Assembly: GCA_050008535.1 (NCBI GenBank)
Contig: JBEKML010000001.1
Span: forward strand, 130,246-194,245
Length of the DNA stretch: 64,000 nt
Source: Minisyncoccia bacterium
GTDB lineage: Bacteria > Patescibacteriota > Minisyncoccia > UBA6257 > 2-01-FULL-56-20
Direction: 5' to 3'
Both the position numbers and the translations under genes were made by a program. How positions within the stretch are numbered: the stretch's first letter is position 1; the number at the start of each line of letters is the position of its first letter. The notes beneath the pieces were generated by a model that did not search any database, was not told the DNA's origin, and saw only the letters and a list, made by a program, of their open reading frames with translations. Positions 1 to 8,872 of this stretch are shown here, piece after piece.

Positions 1-362
1 ACGCGGCAACCATCATCGCTACGGAAAACACCTACGACGAGTTCTCTGGCGATGAATTGGAAGCGATCTTCTCGGCGCTCTCCGGAGCCGGTTTCACGAA
101 CGTGGAGATCATGACCGGCATGAACGAAGCCGATGGGGTCTTGGGCGAAAACGCGCTTGCCGCCATCATCCAGGGCGCGCTCAAACACGGCGTACCAATG
201 GAGGACGTCGTTTCTTTCCTGACCAAAGAAGAGGCCGACCCCGACGACCTCGACGAGGAAATGAGCGACTTGGAGATCGGAATCCGAACGCGGGTTGACG
301 TGCTCCACGCGTTCCTGCATTCCAAGGACACCCCGGCCCCGACCCAAGAGCCCGGGAACTGA
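1..362 (+). CDS. Hypothetical acidic protein, 5' end truncated by the window edge (frame continues from position 3)
   Basis: Open frame from the window start to the stop at 360-362. It is followed by a strong hairpin terminator. No recognisable motif. Confidence 0.4.
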   Translation, partial: AATIIATENTYDEFSGDELEAIFSALSGAGFTNVEIMTGMNEADGVLGENALAAIIQGALKHGVPMEDVVSFLTKEEADPDDLDEEMSDLEIGIRTRVDVLHAFLHSKDTPAPTQEPGN

Positions 363-396
363 AATCTGATCAGTGAATACACCCAGCCATGCTGGT

Positions 397-431
397 GGCC
401 CACTCCCGGAGGAGTGGGCCGTTCTATTTCT
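397..431 (+). terminator. Rho-independent terminator (10-bp stem ggcccactcc/ggagtgggcc, loop cgga, then T-rich tract)
   Basis: A perfect inverted repeat directly read at 397-420, followed by gttctatttct. Confidence 0.6.
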
Positions 432-481
432 AGAAATCGTTTCAGAATGCTATCGGAATTATTTTGAAGAGAAAGATGTAT

Positions 482-519
482 TTATAAAATAGTAGGCCCG
501 GAGCATCCCGCCCCGGGCC
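482..519 (-). terminator. Putative terminator for the minus-strand gene ending at 543 (ggcccgg/ccgggcc hairpin with T-run on the minus strand)
   Basis: An inverted repeat at 495-519 is preceded on the plus strand by an A/T-rich run at 482-494. Confidence 0.4.
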
Positions 520-542
520 ACACAACAAAATCGGATCACTCC

Positions 543-1043
543 TCATCGCCACGCCCCCCTGACTGTCCGCTTTTTGCCGCAAAGCGTCGAAATCTTCAAG
601 TCGACGCTCAGCCACCCCATGGAATCTACCCCCACGGAATCAAGGATGTAGAGCCATAGGATCACGGTCCGTTCGCCGACCCCTTTCCTGCCGCGGAGGT
701 CATGGAGGTCGATCCGGGCGGCGAGTTCTTTGACGTTGCGGGGCTTAAAGCGCGCGAGCGCTTGATGAAGTATGGAGGCTGCCCTGAAAAACGGGCATCC
801 CATTCGGATCAGCCTCCGCCGAGTGAAAGTGTTTCGCCCGATTTCCAGGAGAACTCCGTCCAGGTATCCGGCGAATCTCCTCCCCGCTCTTTCTTCGATT
901 CTTTGTTTCCCCCTCATTGCCGCACCTCCCACTTCGGGATGGATGGCCTCATAGCTTGTCACCTCTTGTACGTGGAATTTTCGGAACGGCGAAGCCGCCC
1001 AAATACTGGGCATAAAAATAACATTATTTACTTGCCTAGTCAA
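543..1043 (-). CDS. Putative HhH-GPD superfamily DNA glycosylase-like protein
   Basis: The helix-hairpin-helix-like segment LHDLRGRKGVGERTVILWL resembles the LxxLPGVGxKTA motif of base-excision glycosylases. The Arg/Trp-rich composition makes frame choice uncertain. The competing plus-strand ORF 702-1112 overlaps tRNA-His and is less protein-like. Confidence 0.35.
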   Translation of the reverse strand: MTRQVNNVIFMPSIWAASPFRKFHVQEVTSYEAIHPEVGGAAMRGKQRIEERAGRRFAGYLDGVLLEIGRNTFTRRRLIRMGCPFFRAASILHQALARFKPRNVKELAARIDLHDLRGRKGVGERTVILWLYILDSVGVDSMGWLSVDLKISTLCGKKRTVRGAWR

Positions 1044-1048
1044 CTCTT

Positions 1049-1124
1049 GTGGGGTGCCTCACGGGAATTGAACCCGTATTGCCGCTGCCACAGAGCGGAG
1101 CTTTACCATTAAGCTAGAGGCACC
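1049..1124 (-). tRNA. tRNA-His (anticodon GTG) with encoded G-1 and 3' CCA
   Basis: Cloverleaf folded by eye. The acceptor stem is 8 bp including G-1:C73. The anticodon loop CTGTGGC gives GTG. The T-loop is TTCAATT. CCA is encoded (plus-strand tgg at 1049-1051). Confidence 0.85.
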
Positions 1125-1212
1125 ATTATTTCTTAACAAGTATAGCGTATTCGCTTTGACGCGTTTTTTCAAGGCCCGCGGAAATGCCGCAACGAATCTT
1201 TGTGAAAGAAGA

Positions 1213-1241
1213 TTGACCGTTTCCAGCCGTTTCTCTATAAT
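1213..1241 (+). promoter_or_regulatory. Sigma70-type promoter TTGACC-N17-TATAAT; predicted TSS about 1-3 nt before the ftsH ATG (leaderless or near-leaderless)
   Basis: ttgacc at 1213-1218, a 17-nt spacer, and tataat at 1236-1241. The ftsH ATG is at 1250 with no Shine-Dalgarno sequence. Confidence 0.55.
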
Positions 1242-1249
1242 TCCACCAT

Positions 1250-3079
1250 ATGTCCAATCTCACTAAAAATATTCTCTGGGCGATCCTCACGCTTATTGTG
1301 ATCTCGCTGCTTTTCTCTTTTTTTGTGAACCCTCCCGCCTCACCGCAAACATTGAACTTGAACCAGCTCGTGGACAAGATCAATGCCGGCCAGGTCACGA
1401 AGGTGGTGGTGAACGGCAACGACCTCGCGGTGACACAGAAAGACGGCAGCGCCGCCGTTTCCAAGAAAGAAAGCGAATCGGGAATTTCGGAGACCCTGAA
1501 AAATCTTGGCGTGAACCCGACGGCGCTCCAGGGCGTCGATCTTGAGGTGCAGGAACAGTCGGGCTGGCAGTTCTGGGCCGGGATCCTGATCCCCACGCTT
1601 CTCCCGCTCATTGCCATCGGATTCTTTTTCTGGCTCATGTTCCGCCAGGCGCGCACAGGCGTGAATCAGGCGTTCAATTTCGGCCGGTCAAACCTGCGGC
1701 TTTCCACCTTTAAAGACAAGGTTCTTTTCAAAGATGTCGCCGGCCTGAAAGAAGCGAAGGAAGAGCTTATTGAGGTCGTCGATTTCTTAAAAAATCCTAA
1801 AAAGTTCCTTGACTTGGGCGCACGGATCCCCCGCGGGATCCTGCTTATGGGACTGCCGGGGACGGGGAAAACGCTCGTTGCGCGCGCGGTCGCGGGCGAG
1901 AGCGGCGTACCGTTCTTTTATATCTCCGCATCGGAGTTCGTTGAAATGTTCGTGGGCGTGGGCGCCTCGCGCACGCGTGACGCCTTCATGACGGCCAAGC
2001 GCGCTGCTCCCGCGATCCTTTTTCTTGACGAGATCGATGCGGTCGGCCGCCAGCGCGGCGCGGGCCTGGGCGGCGGGAACGACGAGCGCGAACAAACGCT
2101 CAACCAGATCCTTGTTGAGATGGACGGGTTTGACCGCGACACGCGCGTGATCGTCCTCGCCGCCACGAATCGCCCGGATATTTTGGATCCTGCGCTTCTC
2201 CGTCCCGGCCGGTTTGACCGGCGCGTCATTCTTGACCTTCCCGACCTGAACGACCGCGAAGCGATCCTCAAGATCCACGCCGAAGGAAAATTGATCGAGA
2301 AAAACGTGTCTCTCCGCAAGGTGGCCGTCCGCACCCCGGGATTCTCCGGCGCCGATCTTGCAAATCTCATGAACGAGGCGGCGATCATCGCCGCGCGGCG
2401 CGGAAAGAAGATCATCGGCCAGGATGAATTTTTTGAAGCGGCGGAGAAAGTGATCCTCGGTCCCGAACGTAAGAGCCGCGTCATCTCGCCGAAAGAAAAA
2501 GAGATCACCGCCTACCACGAAGGCGGCCACGCGCTCGTTGCCGCAGCCGTGAAGAACGCCGACCCCGTGCAGAAAGTTTCCATCATCAGCCGCGGCTTTG
2601 CCGGCGGATACACCATGAAGCTTCCCACCGAGGACCAGCACATAAAGACCCGTAGCCAGTTCCTTGCCGACCTTGCCATGATGATGGGCGGCTATGCATC
2701 GGAAAAATTGACCTTCGGCGAGATGTCCACTGGCGCGTCAAACGACCTTAAAGAGGCATCTGAACTCGCGCGGCGGCTCGTGACGAAATACGGCATGAGC
2801 GATCTTGGCCCCGTGACCTTCGGCAAGACCGAGGAACTCATCTTCCTTGGCCGCGAGATCACCGCAGAAAGAAATTATTCCGAAAAAGTGGCGGCGGAGA
2901 TAGACGCGCACGTGCACGGCTTCATCTCGCGCGCATATGACATTGCGGAAAAGATCCTCAGGGCGCACAAGCCGGCGCTCAAAAAAATAGCGGAGACCCT
3001 TATTCAGAAAGAGACGCTGGAACAGGAGGAATTCTACGGTCTTTTGAAGCCGTTCAAGATAAAACCGATCGCGGCGTAG
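1250..3079 (+). CDS. ftsH: ATP-dependent zinc metalloprotease FtsH
   Basis: N-terminal TM helices. AAA+ Walker A GLPGTGKT, the second region of homology, and the zinc motif HEGGHAL. Length is 609 aa. Confidence 0.95.
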   Translation: MSNLTKNILWAILTLIVISLLFSFFVNPPASPQTLNLNQLVDKINAGQVTKVVVNGNDLAVTQKDGSAAVSKKESESGISETLKNLGVNPTALQGVDLEVQEQSGWQFWAGILIPTLLPLIAIGFFFWLMFRQARTGVNQAFNFGRSNLRLSTFKDKVLFKDVAGLKEAKEELIEVVDFLKNPKKFLDLGARIPRGILLMGLPGTGKTLVARAVAGESGVPFFYISASEFVEMFVGVGASRTRDAFMTAKRAAPAILFLDEIDAVGRQRGAGLGGGNDEREQTLNQILVEMDGFDRDTRVIVLAATNRPDILDPALLRPGRFDRRVILDLPDLNDREAILKIHAEGKLIEKNVSLRKVAVRTPGFSGADLANLMNEAAIIAARRGKKIIGQDEFFEAAEKVILGPERKSRVISPKEKEITAYHEGGHALVAAAVKNADPVQKVSIISRGFAGGYTMKLPTEDQHIKTRSQFLADLAMMMGGYASEKLTFGEMSTGASNDLKEASELARRLVTKYGMSDLGPVTFGKTEELIFLGREITAERNYSEKVAAEIDAHVHGFISRAYDIAEKILRAHKPALKKIAETLIQKETLEQEEFYGLLKPFKIKPIAA

Positions 3080-3167
3080 AATAGAAGCCGATAAATAATT
3101 TCTTTATTTGATATAATAGAAGGGTGCGTAAAGGCCGACCCCGGGTTGGGTTTACAACTATCTATTT

Positions 3168-3383
3168 ATGAAAGCACTCCATATCATCGCATTCATCCTG
3201 CTCGTTGTTGGCGGCTTGAACTGGCTCCTTGTCGCATTCGGCTGGAATCTCGTTGACGCTATTTTCGGAGTGGGTTCCATGCTCTCGCGCATAATCTATG
3301 TGCTCGTGGGCCTCGCTGCGCTCGTTGAGCTTTTTGGGCACAAGAAGAACTGCAGGACCTGCACCGCCGGAAGCGCGATGTAA
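3168..3383 (+). CDS. DUF378-family small membrane protein
   Basis: A 71-aa two-TM protein whose N-terminal pattern MKALHIIAFILLVVGGLNWLLVA is typical of DUF378. An extended -10 (tgatataat) lies upstream at about 3105. Confidence 0.6.
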   Translation: MKALHIIAFILLVVGGLNWLLVAFGWNLVDAIFGVGSMLSRIIYVLVGLAALVELFGHKKNCRTCTAGSAM

Positions 3384-3403
3384 TATAAAGCAAATACAGA
3401 AAA

Positions 3404-3440
3404 ACGGCTCCCGCTCGGACGAGGGCCGTTTTTCTTTTTA
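3404..3440. terminator. Bidirectional rho-independent terminator between convergent genes
   Basis: The acggctcccg...cgagggccgt hairpin is followed by an 11-nt T-run on the plus strand and preceded by an A-run, so it would work on the minus strand as well. Confidence 0.6.
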
Positions 3441-3446
3441 AAGTTT

Positions 3447-3974
3447 TTAAAACTCCACCGTAATCGTCCCGTCCTCCCCTTTTTGAAACGGATGTTTTAT
3501 CTCCCTCATTTCCGTCACAAGATCGGCGGCATCAATAAATTCCTGCGGCGCGTTGCGGCCGCTTAGAATCAAAATTTTGTCTTTGGGAAAATCCTTCACC
3601 GCGCCGAGCACCTTCTCCGCCGTCAAAAGCCCGAGCGAAACCGCCACATTTACCTCGTCAAGCACCGTGAGGTGCCACGTGCCCGAATCCTTTTCCCGGA
3701 CGAACGCCGCGAGTGCCTCCCGTGCCGCTTCTTTGTGTTTTTCAATCGGCAGCTTGTCGCCCAAAATCCCCACGAACCCCAGCCCCATTTTCCGTATTTG
3801 GAATTTTTCCTTTGGAATATTGAATTGCTTCGCAAATTCGTCTTCCCCGGAGATCCACGGTCCTTTGATGAACTGGATCATGAGCGCCGCCTTCCCCCGC
3901 CCCAAAACCCGCATCATCTGGCCCAGCGATGCCGTCGTTTTTCCCTTCCCGTCGCCCGTAAAAACAATGATCAT
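3447..3974 (-). CDS. Cob(I)alamin/cob(I)yrinic acid a,c-diamide adenosyltransferase (CobO/BtuR family)
   Basis: The P-loop MIIVFTGDGKGKTTA and overall CobA/CobO-like sequence. I take the start as the ATG at 3974, overlapping the upstream stop (ATGA). The longer ORF to 4076 is also possible. Confidence 0.7.
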   Translation of the reverse strand: MIIVFTGDGKGKTTASLGQMMRVLGRGKAALMIQFIKGPWISGEDEFAKQFNIPKEKFQIRKMGLGFVGILGDKLPIEKHKEAAREALAAFVREKDSGTWHLTVLDEVNVAVSLGLLTAEKVLGAVKDFPKDKILILSGRNAPQEFIDAADLVTEMREIKHPFQKGEDGTITVEF

Positions 3975-4273
3975 TCCTTCCGCCGCCTTTCTCTCGCCGT
4001 GATCTTTTTCCCCAGCCATACCGAAACCGCCGCGGCAAGCACGGTAATGATCACGGCATAGGAAAGCTGCTCCCAAAGCGAGCCCGCGCCGCCGAACAGG
4101 TTCTCAAACAGATGTTTCAAGGCGTCGTCCCACGCAAGCGCCGCGATCAATCCCAGCGCCGCGATGACAAGCGTCACGATCCGCTCGCCAACGTGCGATT
4201 GCACGCGGTCCAGTTCATATTTTTCCCAAAATTTTTCCAACTCGGAGATTTCCGTTTTTTCCCTCGGGTCCAT
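3971..4273 (-). CDS. Small two-TM membrane protein (hypothetical), translationally coupled to the cobO-like gene
   Basis: A 100-aa protein with two hydrophobic helices. Its stop overlaps the downstream start. Confidence 0.45.
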   Translation of the reverse strand: MDPREKTEISELEKFWEKYELDRVQSHVGERIVTLVIAALGLIAALAWDDALKHLFENLFGGAGSLWEQLSYAVIITVLAAAVSVWLGKKITARERRRKE

Positions 4274-4312
4274 GAAAAAATGATAGCATCATCCGTGCGG
4301 GTTGAGAATATG

Positions 4313-4384
4313 TGGGCGCGGTAGGATTCGAACCTACAACCGGACGTGTATAAGACGTCTGCTCTGCCGTTGAGCTACGCGCCC
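4313..4384 (-). tRNA. tRNA with anticodon TAT (reads AUA; tRNA-Ile UAU type)
   Basis: Manual cloverleaf: acceptor GGGCGCG/CGCGCCC, D-stem GCTC/GAGC, anticodon stem GACGT/ACGTC with loop CTTATAC, T-arm GTAGG-TTCGAAT-CCTAC, discriminator A, no encoded CCA. Confidence 0.7.
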
Positions 4385-4389
4385 GTCGG

Positions 4390-4983
4390 TTACTTGCCTA
4401 CTATAGCATCAAACCGGTCCATTGCCTGCCCGGCTTGACTGTTGAAATTGTTGATCGCGTTCACGTCGGTATTGATCTGGTTCACGAGCGCCTGCACCTC
4501 CACGTTTGTGCCCCCCTGTCCCGTAAAACGATTGCGGAGCACATCAAGAAGTTTCCCCAGGTCGGCACTGTAATTAATAAGCTGATTGATAAGCGCCAAC
4601 CGGTTGGAAATGGATTCCAGCGCCGCCTGCCGCGCATTGAAATCGGAAATTTCGGAAAGCGCTTTTGTCATCTGCCCGACCTGCGCCGAAAGCTCCACCG
4701 CTTGATCGCGGATCTGTTGGCTCTGGGCAACAAGGCCGGTCGTAAGCGTAAGCGCGTTCGCATAATCCTGTTTTTGATCAAGTGTGTTCACTTGTTCCAG
4801 AGAAACCATTGATTGGTTGGAAAGATTCACAATGTTTTGCGCAATGATGGCGCCCTGCATGCGCGCATCAACAAAATCCTGCGGAACGCCGCCTTTTCCC
4901 TGCGTAAACCAGACGACAACATAGCCCAAAATCACAACAGCCGCGAAGGTCACGATAACTTTTGTCCGGCGGGAACCAAGCAT
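4390..4983 (-). CDS. Hypothetical N-terminally membrane-anchored coiled-coil protein
   Basis: One N-terminal TM helix followed by a Gln/Asn/Ala-rich predicted coiled coil. The tRNA lies immediately downstream on the same strand. Confidence 0.45.
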   Translation of the reverse strand: MLGSRRTKVIVTFAAVVILGYVVVWFTQGKGGVPQDFVDARMQGAIIAQNIVNLSNQSMVSLEQVNTLDQKQDYANALTLTTGLVAQSQQIRDQAVELSAQVGQMTKALSEISDFNARQAALESISNRLALINQLINYSADLGKLLDVLRNRFTGQGGTNVEVQALVNQINTDVNAINNFNSQAGQAMDRFDAIVGK

Positions 4984-5116
4984 TTGATTACATCATTTTT
5001 ACCAGAAAATCTTGAAAATGGCAAGTGAAAATGCTACTTTATTACTACGTTCCGGACACCGGCAAAGGTGCGCGAACGCAATGATAAAATGCGCGAGCGC
5101 AACCACGGCGCCCCGC

Positions 5117-5187
5117 GCGGGTATCGTATAACGGCATTACCGCAGGTTTCCAACCTGCTGACAGGGGTTCGACTCCCCTTACCCGCT
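5117..5187 (+). tRNA. tRNA-Gly (anticodon TCC)
   Basis: Acceptor GCGGGTA/TACCCGC, anticodon stem GCAGG/CCTGC with loop TTTCCAA, T-arm AGGGG-TTCGACT-CCCCT, discriminator U. Confidence 0.8.
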
Positions 5188-5262
5188 CACTCACCGCAAG
5201 AAGCACTAAGGTTTGACGAGTTGCTTTATTGGGACTATATAAAGAATAGGAGGTAAACGCTC

Positions 5263-6012
5263 ATGCGTTTCGGTCGGTCCATTGCAATAGCGGTAGCCGC
5301 GAGCGCGGTTGCTGTGCTGTTCTTTTACCCCGTGATGGTGGCTGGCGGCGGAATCCACGAGGGCACAGAGGTCAAACCGATCTTAATCTCGTGGGATTGC
5401 GGGCGGCTTCGGGTTGAGGCGGCCGGACGGCTGCTTGATGAGAACAAGCCCGTGCCGACAGAGGAAGAGGCCCCCTATGCCACCCTGAGCTACGTTATCG
5501 ACATGGACAGAAGAACCATGTCCGACGGGCGCACAGAAGAGAGCTTCTCTCCCCAAGAGGCGGGGATCATCCGCCCGTTCCTGAACATCGCGGAGCGGTA
5601 CTTCGGGGATGTACTTGGAGAACCCCCCACGAGCTTCGCGTGGTCCCCGGATGTCGGGCCGGTCGCCAAGGTTACAACAAAGGGAGGCGAGGCCCTCATC
5701 AATTTTCAAGCTTCAATGATGATCAAGGGGAAAGCGTCACAGCCAGAGCGCATCACCGCGTACGGCAACCACACGGTGTGGATCGCCATAAACGCAGTGC
5801 AAGTCTACTGCATGGAATCGGTTGAATGGTGGATCAATCAGCGGGGACACGCCCCTTCCCTGCCCTCGCCGCGGCTACGCCGGCACAAACCGTCGACGCC
5901 CGAAGAACCACCGCCCGCCGAGGTGCTGCCTAATCGAATCAGCGGCACCGCGCGTGGTGCTGTTCACTTCCGCCCCAGGACTCTCTGGGGCGGTCTTCTT
6001 TGTAAAAAGTAG
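5263..6012 (+). CDS. Hypothetical secreted protein (signal peptide)
   Basis: Strong RBS aggagg 8 nt upstream. N-terminal hydrophobic signal. No recognisable domain. Confidence 0.45.
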   Translation: MRFGRSIAIAVAASAVAVLFFYPVMVAGGGIHEGTEVKPILISWDCGRLRVEAAGRLLDENKPVPTEEEAPYATLSYVIDMDRRTMSDGRTEESFSPQEAGIIRPFLNIAERYFGDVLGEPPTSFAWSPDVGPVAKVTTKGGEALINFQASMMIKGKASQPERITAYGNHTVWIAINAVQVYCMESVEWWINQRGHAPSLPSPRLRRHKPSTPEEPPPAEVLPNRISGTARGAVHFRPRTLWGGLLCKK

Positions 6013-6077
6013 AGGTCGGTTTCCCATCCACCCATTTACAAACGAAACGCGCGGGACCGATCGTGGCCCCGCGCTGT

Positions 6078-6674
6078 CTATCCCGCCCTTCGTTCATCTT
6101 GTCTTCGCCACAGCGGAACGTCTCTTGCCCTTTGCTGTAGCGCACTTCTTGCAGTGTCGATGGCTTGCCTCGTTTTACCGAGACTCAATCCAATCTGCGC
6201 AGCGATCTCCCCACACGGCCTCCCTTCTACCTCGTGCTGGAAGAAGGCAAACCTCCCGTAATTAGGGATGTTGTGGAGGCGGAAGACGCGGCCCACAAAG
6301 GCCTGTTCGCTCCCATTCCCAAAAGAAATCTTGCGCGGCGGCTCAACGGAAAGCCCGCGTTCTTCCTCGCGAAACAGGGTGGTCTCGGTGTGGTTATCGT
6401 ATTTCCTTCGCCAGCGAGTTTTGCGCTCGCCATTCAGGATATTTCGGGCAATCTTGAACACCCACGCCTCAAACGCCCCCTGGCTATCGCCGAAAAACAG
6501 ATGTTGTTTTTCGAACGCCCGCAGGAAAGTCGCCTGCACGAGATCTTCGGCGGTCGCATTGAGATCTACTCTCCAACGCTCCCGCCACATCACCCTCGTA
6601 AACATCCGCCATAGCGCTCTCCTCCTCGTTTCAAAGCAGAGGACGAGCGCCGTTTCAAAATCAAACTCTTGCAT
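6078..6674 (-). CDS. ECF-type RNA polymerase sigma-70 family factor
   Basis: Region 2 DLVQATFLRAFEK and a region 4 helix-turn-helix GEIAAQIGLSLGKTRQAIDTARSAL. No adjacent anti-sigma gene was recognised. Confidence 0.65.
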   Translation of the reverse strand: MQEFDFETALVLCFETRRRALWRMFTRVMWRERWRVDLNATAEDLVQATFLRAFEKQHLFFGDSQGAFEAWVFKIARNILNGERKTRWRRKYDNHTETTLFREEERGLSVEPPRKISFGNGSEQAFVGRVFRLHNIPNYGRFAFFQHEVEGRPCGEIAAQIGLSLGKTRQAIDTARSALQQRARDVPLWRRQDERRAG

Positions 6675-6948
6675 TCGTCCTCCCCTCCCAAGGAGTTAAC
6701 AGCTGGGATAAAAGTACATTACAATAATGACCCCGTCAAGTAAATTCGCTGGTTATTAAAAGCAAATCACCCAGGTCGCAAGGACGAGGGTGGTTTGATG
6801 AAACTGCGCTTAATCTGCGCGTGATGGCCTGGCCGGCCAACATTCCGGATAATGCCGGATAAAGAAAGTATGATGATGACGAATCAACTACTTTTAGTTT
6901 ATCGCTACAGAAAGCCCCGTCAAACACATTCTGTGGACAACCTCTGGA

Positions 6949-8154
6949 TTACCTTATTTTAAGCCGAAAAAGGTGTCGTTTGCCGAGCCGCACCACTTCG
7001 CCGCCAGCAAGCAAAATGTCCTCCTGTGGTTTCTTTTTGGTTTCTCCATTGATATCAAATCCACCCTGTTCAATAAGGCGCCGCGCATCGCTTTTGCTTC
7101 CCACTACGCCCGAGGCGAGTACAAGATCAAGTGCCGTCATCGTTCGCGTTTTAAGCACAAGCTCCGGAAGATCGCTGGGGATCTCTTTTTTTGAAAATAC
7201 TTTCTCAAAATGTTCCTGCGCGAGCCGTGCCGCTTTTTCGTCGTGAATTTTCTTGACGATCTCAAAAGCCACCTTCGCTTTCGCCTGTCGCGGTCCCGTC
7301 CTCAAAATGTTTTTAATTTCGTTGAGTGGGACGCGGGTACAATTCACCAAAAGGACCTCTATCATTTCGTCGGGCTGCGCCATAATCGCTCCGTACATTT
7401 CTTCCGGCAGGGAAGAAAGAAAAACGCCGGTGCCGCGGCTTTTTGACATCAACTCCCCCGTTTTTGGATTCTCCATCAAATTCACCGCAACCACGAATTT
7501 TTCCTTATTCTTCAGGCGTCCCAGAAGAGTGCGACCGGCGAGCGCATTAAAAATTTGATCGGTGCCGCATAGCTCAATGTCAGTATCAAGCGCAACGCTG
7601 TCGTATCCCTGCATGAGAGGATATAAAAACTCGTTGAGATGGATTGGTATATTCTCTTTTATGCGCTTTTCAAACATATCCCTCTTCACCATCTGTTGGA
7701 CGGTGAAATACGCCGCGAGTTCAATGACCTCCTCAAGAGAAAGCTTGGAAAGCCATTGGCTATTGTAGACGAGGCGGGGCGGATTTTTTTTGTCGTTAAA
7801 ATCCAGAAGGTTCTTTATTTGCGGGATCCATGCCTTCACGTTCTTTTCCACTTCCGCCTTGCTCATCCTTTTCCTTGCGCCGGAGCGCTCGCTCGGATCC
7901 CCAATCCGCGCGGTAAAGTCGCCGACAAGAAAAATGGCCTCGTGCCCCAGTTGCCGGAATTCTTCCAAGAGCATCAAATTTTTAGCGTGGCTCAAGTGCA
8001 GCGCTGGGCTGGTTGGATCAAATCCAATATAGATCCTCAGGCGTTCCCCCGACAGCATCTTTTTCAGCAGATCGTTTTGAACGGGAAGAACTTCCTTAAT
8101 GATGCCCCGATCAAATATTTCAGCGATTCTTTTTTTGTTGGTGATCACCCCCAT
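6949..8154 (-). CDS. tyrS: Tyrosine--tRNA ligase
   Basis: Class I HIGH-type motif (ALHLSHA) and a KMSKS-type motif (LMSKS). C-terminal S4 RNA-binding domain. Length is 401 aa. Confidence 0.9.
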   Translation of the reverse strand: MGVITNKKRIAEIFDRGIIKEVLPVQNDLLKKMLSGERLRIYIGFDPTSPALHLSHAKNLMLLEEFRQLGHEAIFLVGDFTARIGDPSERSGARKRMSKAEVEKNVKAWIPQIKNLLDFNDKKNPPRLVYNSQWLSKLSLEEVIELAAYFTVQQMVKRDMFEKRIKENIPIHLNEFLYPLMQGYDSVALDTDIELCGTDQIFNALAGRTLLGRLKNKEKFVVAVNLMENPKTGELMSKSRGTGVFLSSLPEEMYGAIMAQPDEMIEVLLVNCTRVPLNEIKNILRTGPRQAKAKVAFEIVKKIHDEKAARLAQEHFEKVFSKKEIPSDLPELVLKTRTMTALDLVLASGVVGSKSDARRLIEQGGFDINGETKKKPQEDILLAGGEVVRLGKRHLFRLKIR

Positions 8155-8237
8155 ATGTTCAAGTATAAATCAAAACCTGCCCTAACAACAAAGTTCTCTT
8201 CGAGAACTTTGTTGTGCGCGCCATCGTTCCCCAAGCC

Positions 8238-8849
8238 TTATTTCCCCTCCTGCTTTGCGTTCTTGATGATCTCGTCGATCACGCCGTAGGTCTTCGCCTC
8301 GTCGGCGGAAAGCCAAAAGTCGCGGTCGGTGTCCTTTTCGATCTTGGAAAGTGGTTGCCCGGTGTGTTTCGAAAGCAGTTCGTTGAGCTGCTGCTTGGTC
8401 TTCACGATCTGTTTGGCCGCGATCTCAATCTCGATCGCCTGCCCTTCCGCGCCGCCCATCACCTGGTGGAGCAGGATCTGCGAATTCGGCAGTACGAACC
8501 GCTTCCCCTTCTGCCCGGCCGCGAGCAGGAATGCGCCCATGGACGCCGCGATCCCCACGCACATCGTTGAAACGTCCGCTCCCACGTATTGCATGGTGTC
8601 GTAGATCGCCATGCCGGCCGTGACCGAGCCGCCCGGACTATTAATATAGAGCTTGATGTCTTTCTTTTGGTCCTCGTGGTCAAGAAAGAGAAGCTGCGCG
8701 ATCACGGTGTTCGCCACTGCATCGTTGATCGACCCGCCCAAAAAGATAATGCGTTCCTTAAGCAGGCGCGAATAGATGTCATATGCGCGCTCGCCGTACT
8801 GCGACTTCTCAATAACCGTCGGGATTAGATATTGGTTTTCTGGTTCCAT
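8238..8849 (-). CDS. clpP: ATP-dependent Clp protease proteolytic subunit
   Basis: The sequence is strongly ClpP-like across its whole length, including the catalytic Ser region [15 protein letters not shown] hairpin (aacaaagttctc/gagaactttgtt, 8189-8218) lies downstream. Confidence 0.95.
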   Translation of the reverse strand: MEPENQYLIPTVIEKSQYGERAYDIYSRLLKERIIFLGGSINDAVANTVIAQLLFLDHEDQKKDIKLYINSPGGSVTAGMAIYDTMQYVGADVSTMCVGIAASMGAFLLAAGQKGKRFVLPNSQILLHQVMGGAEGQAIEIEIAAKQIVKTKQQLNELLSKHTGQPLSKIEKDTDRDFWLSADEAKTYGVIDEIIKNAKQEGK

Positions 8850-8872
8850 GTTTTTTGTATTATAGCGCTATT

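Noticed and set aside
702-1112. Plus-strand 136-aa ORF
   Set aside because: It overlaps the well-folded tRNA-His at 1049-1124 and has Pro/Ser/Arg-rich composition typical of out-of-frame translation. The minus-strand ORF is preferred, though itself of modest confidence.
1787-2641. Long antisense ORFs (284 and 196 aa) inside ftsH, and similar shadow ORFs inside hppA (8979-10825), nusA, comM and the helicase
   Set aside because: They lie entirely within strongly supported genes on the opposite strand. GC-rich DNA produces long stop-free antisense frames. No motifs were found.
5068-5256. 62-aa ORF
   Set aside because: It overlaps tRNA-Gly (5117-5187) and is not coding.
8155-8237. Possible T-box leader upstream of tyrS
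   Set aside because: Only about 83 nt separate tyrS from clpP, which is too short for a T-box. The hairpin present is better explained as the clpP terminator.
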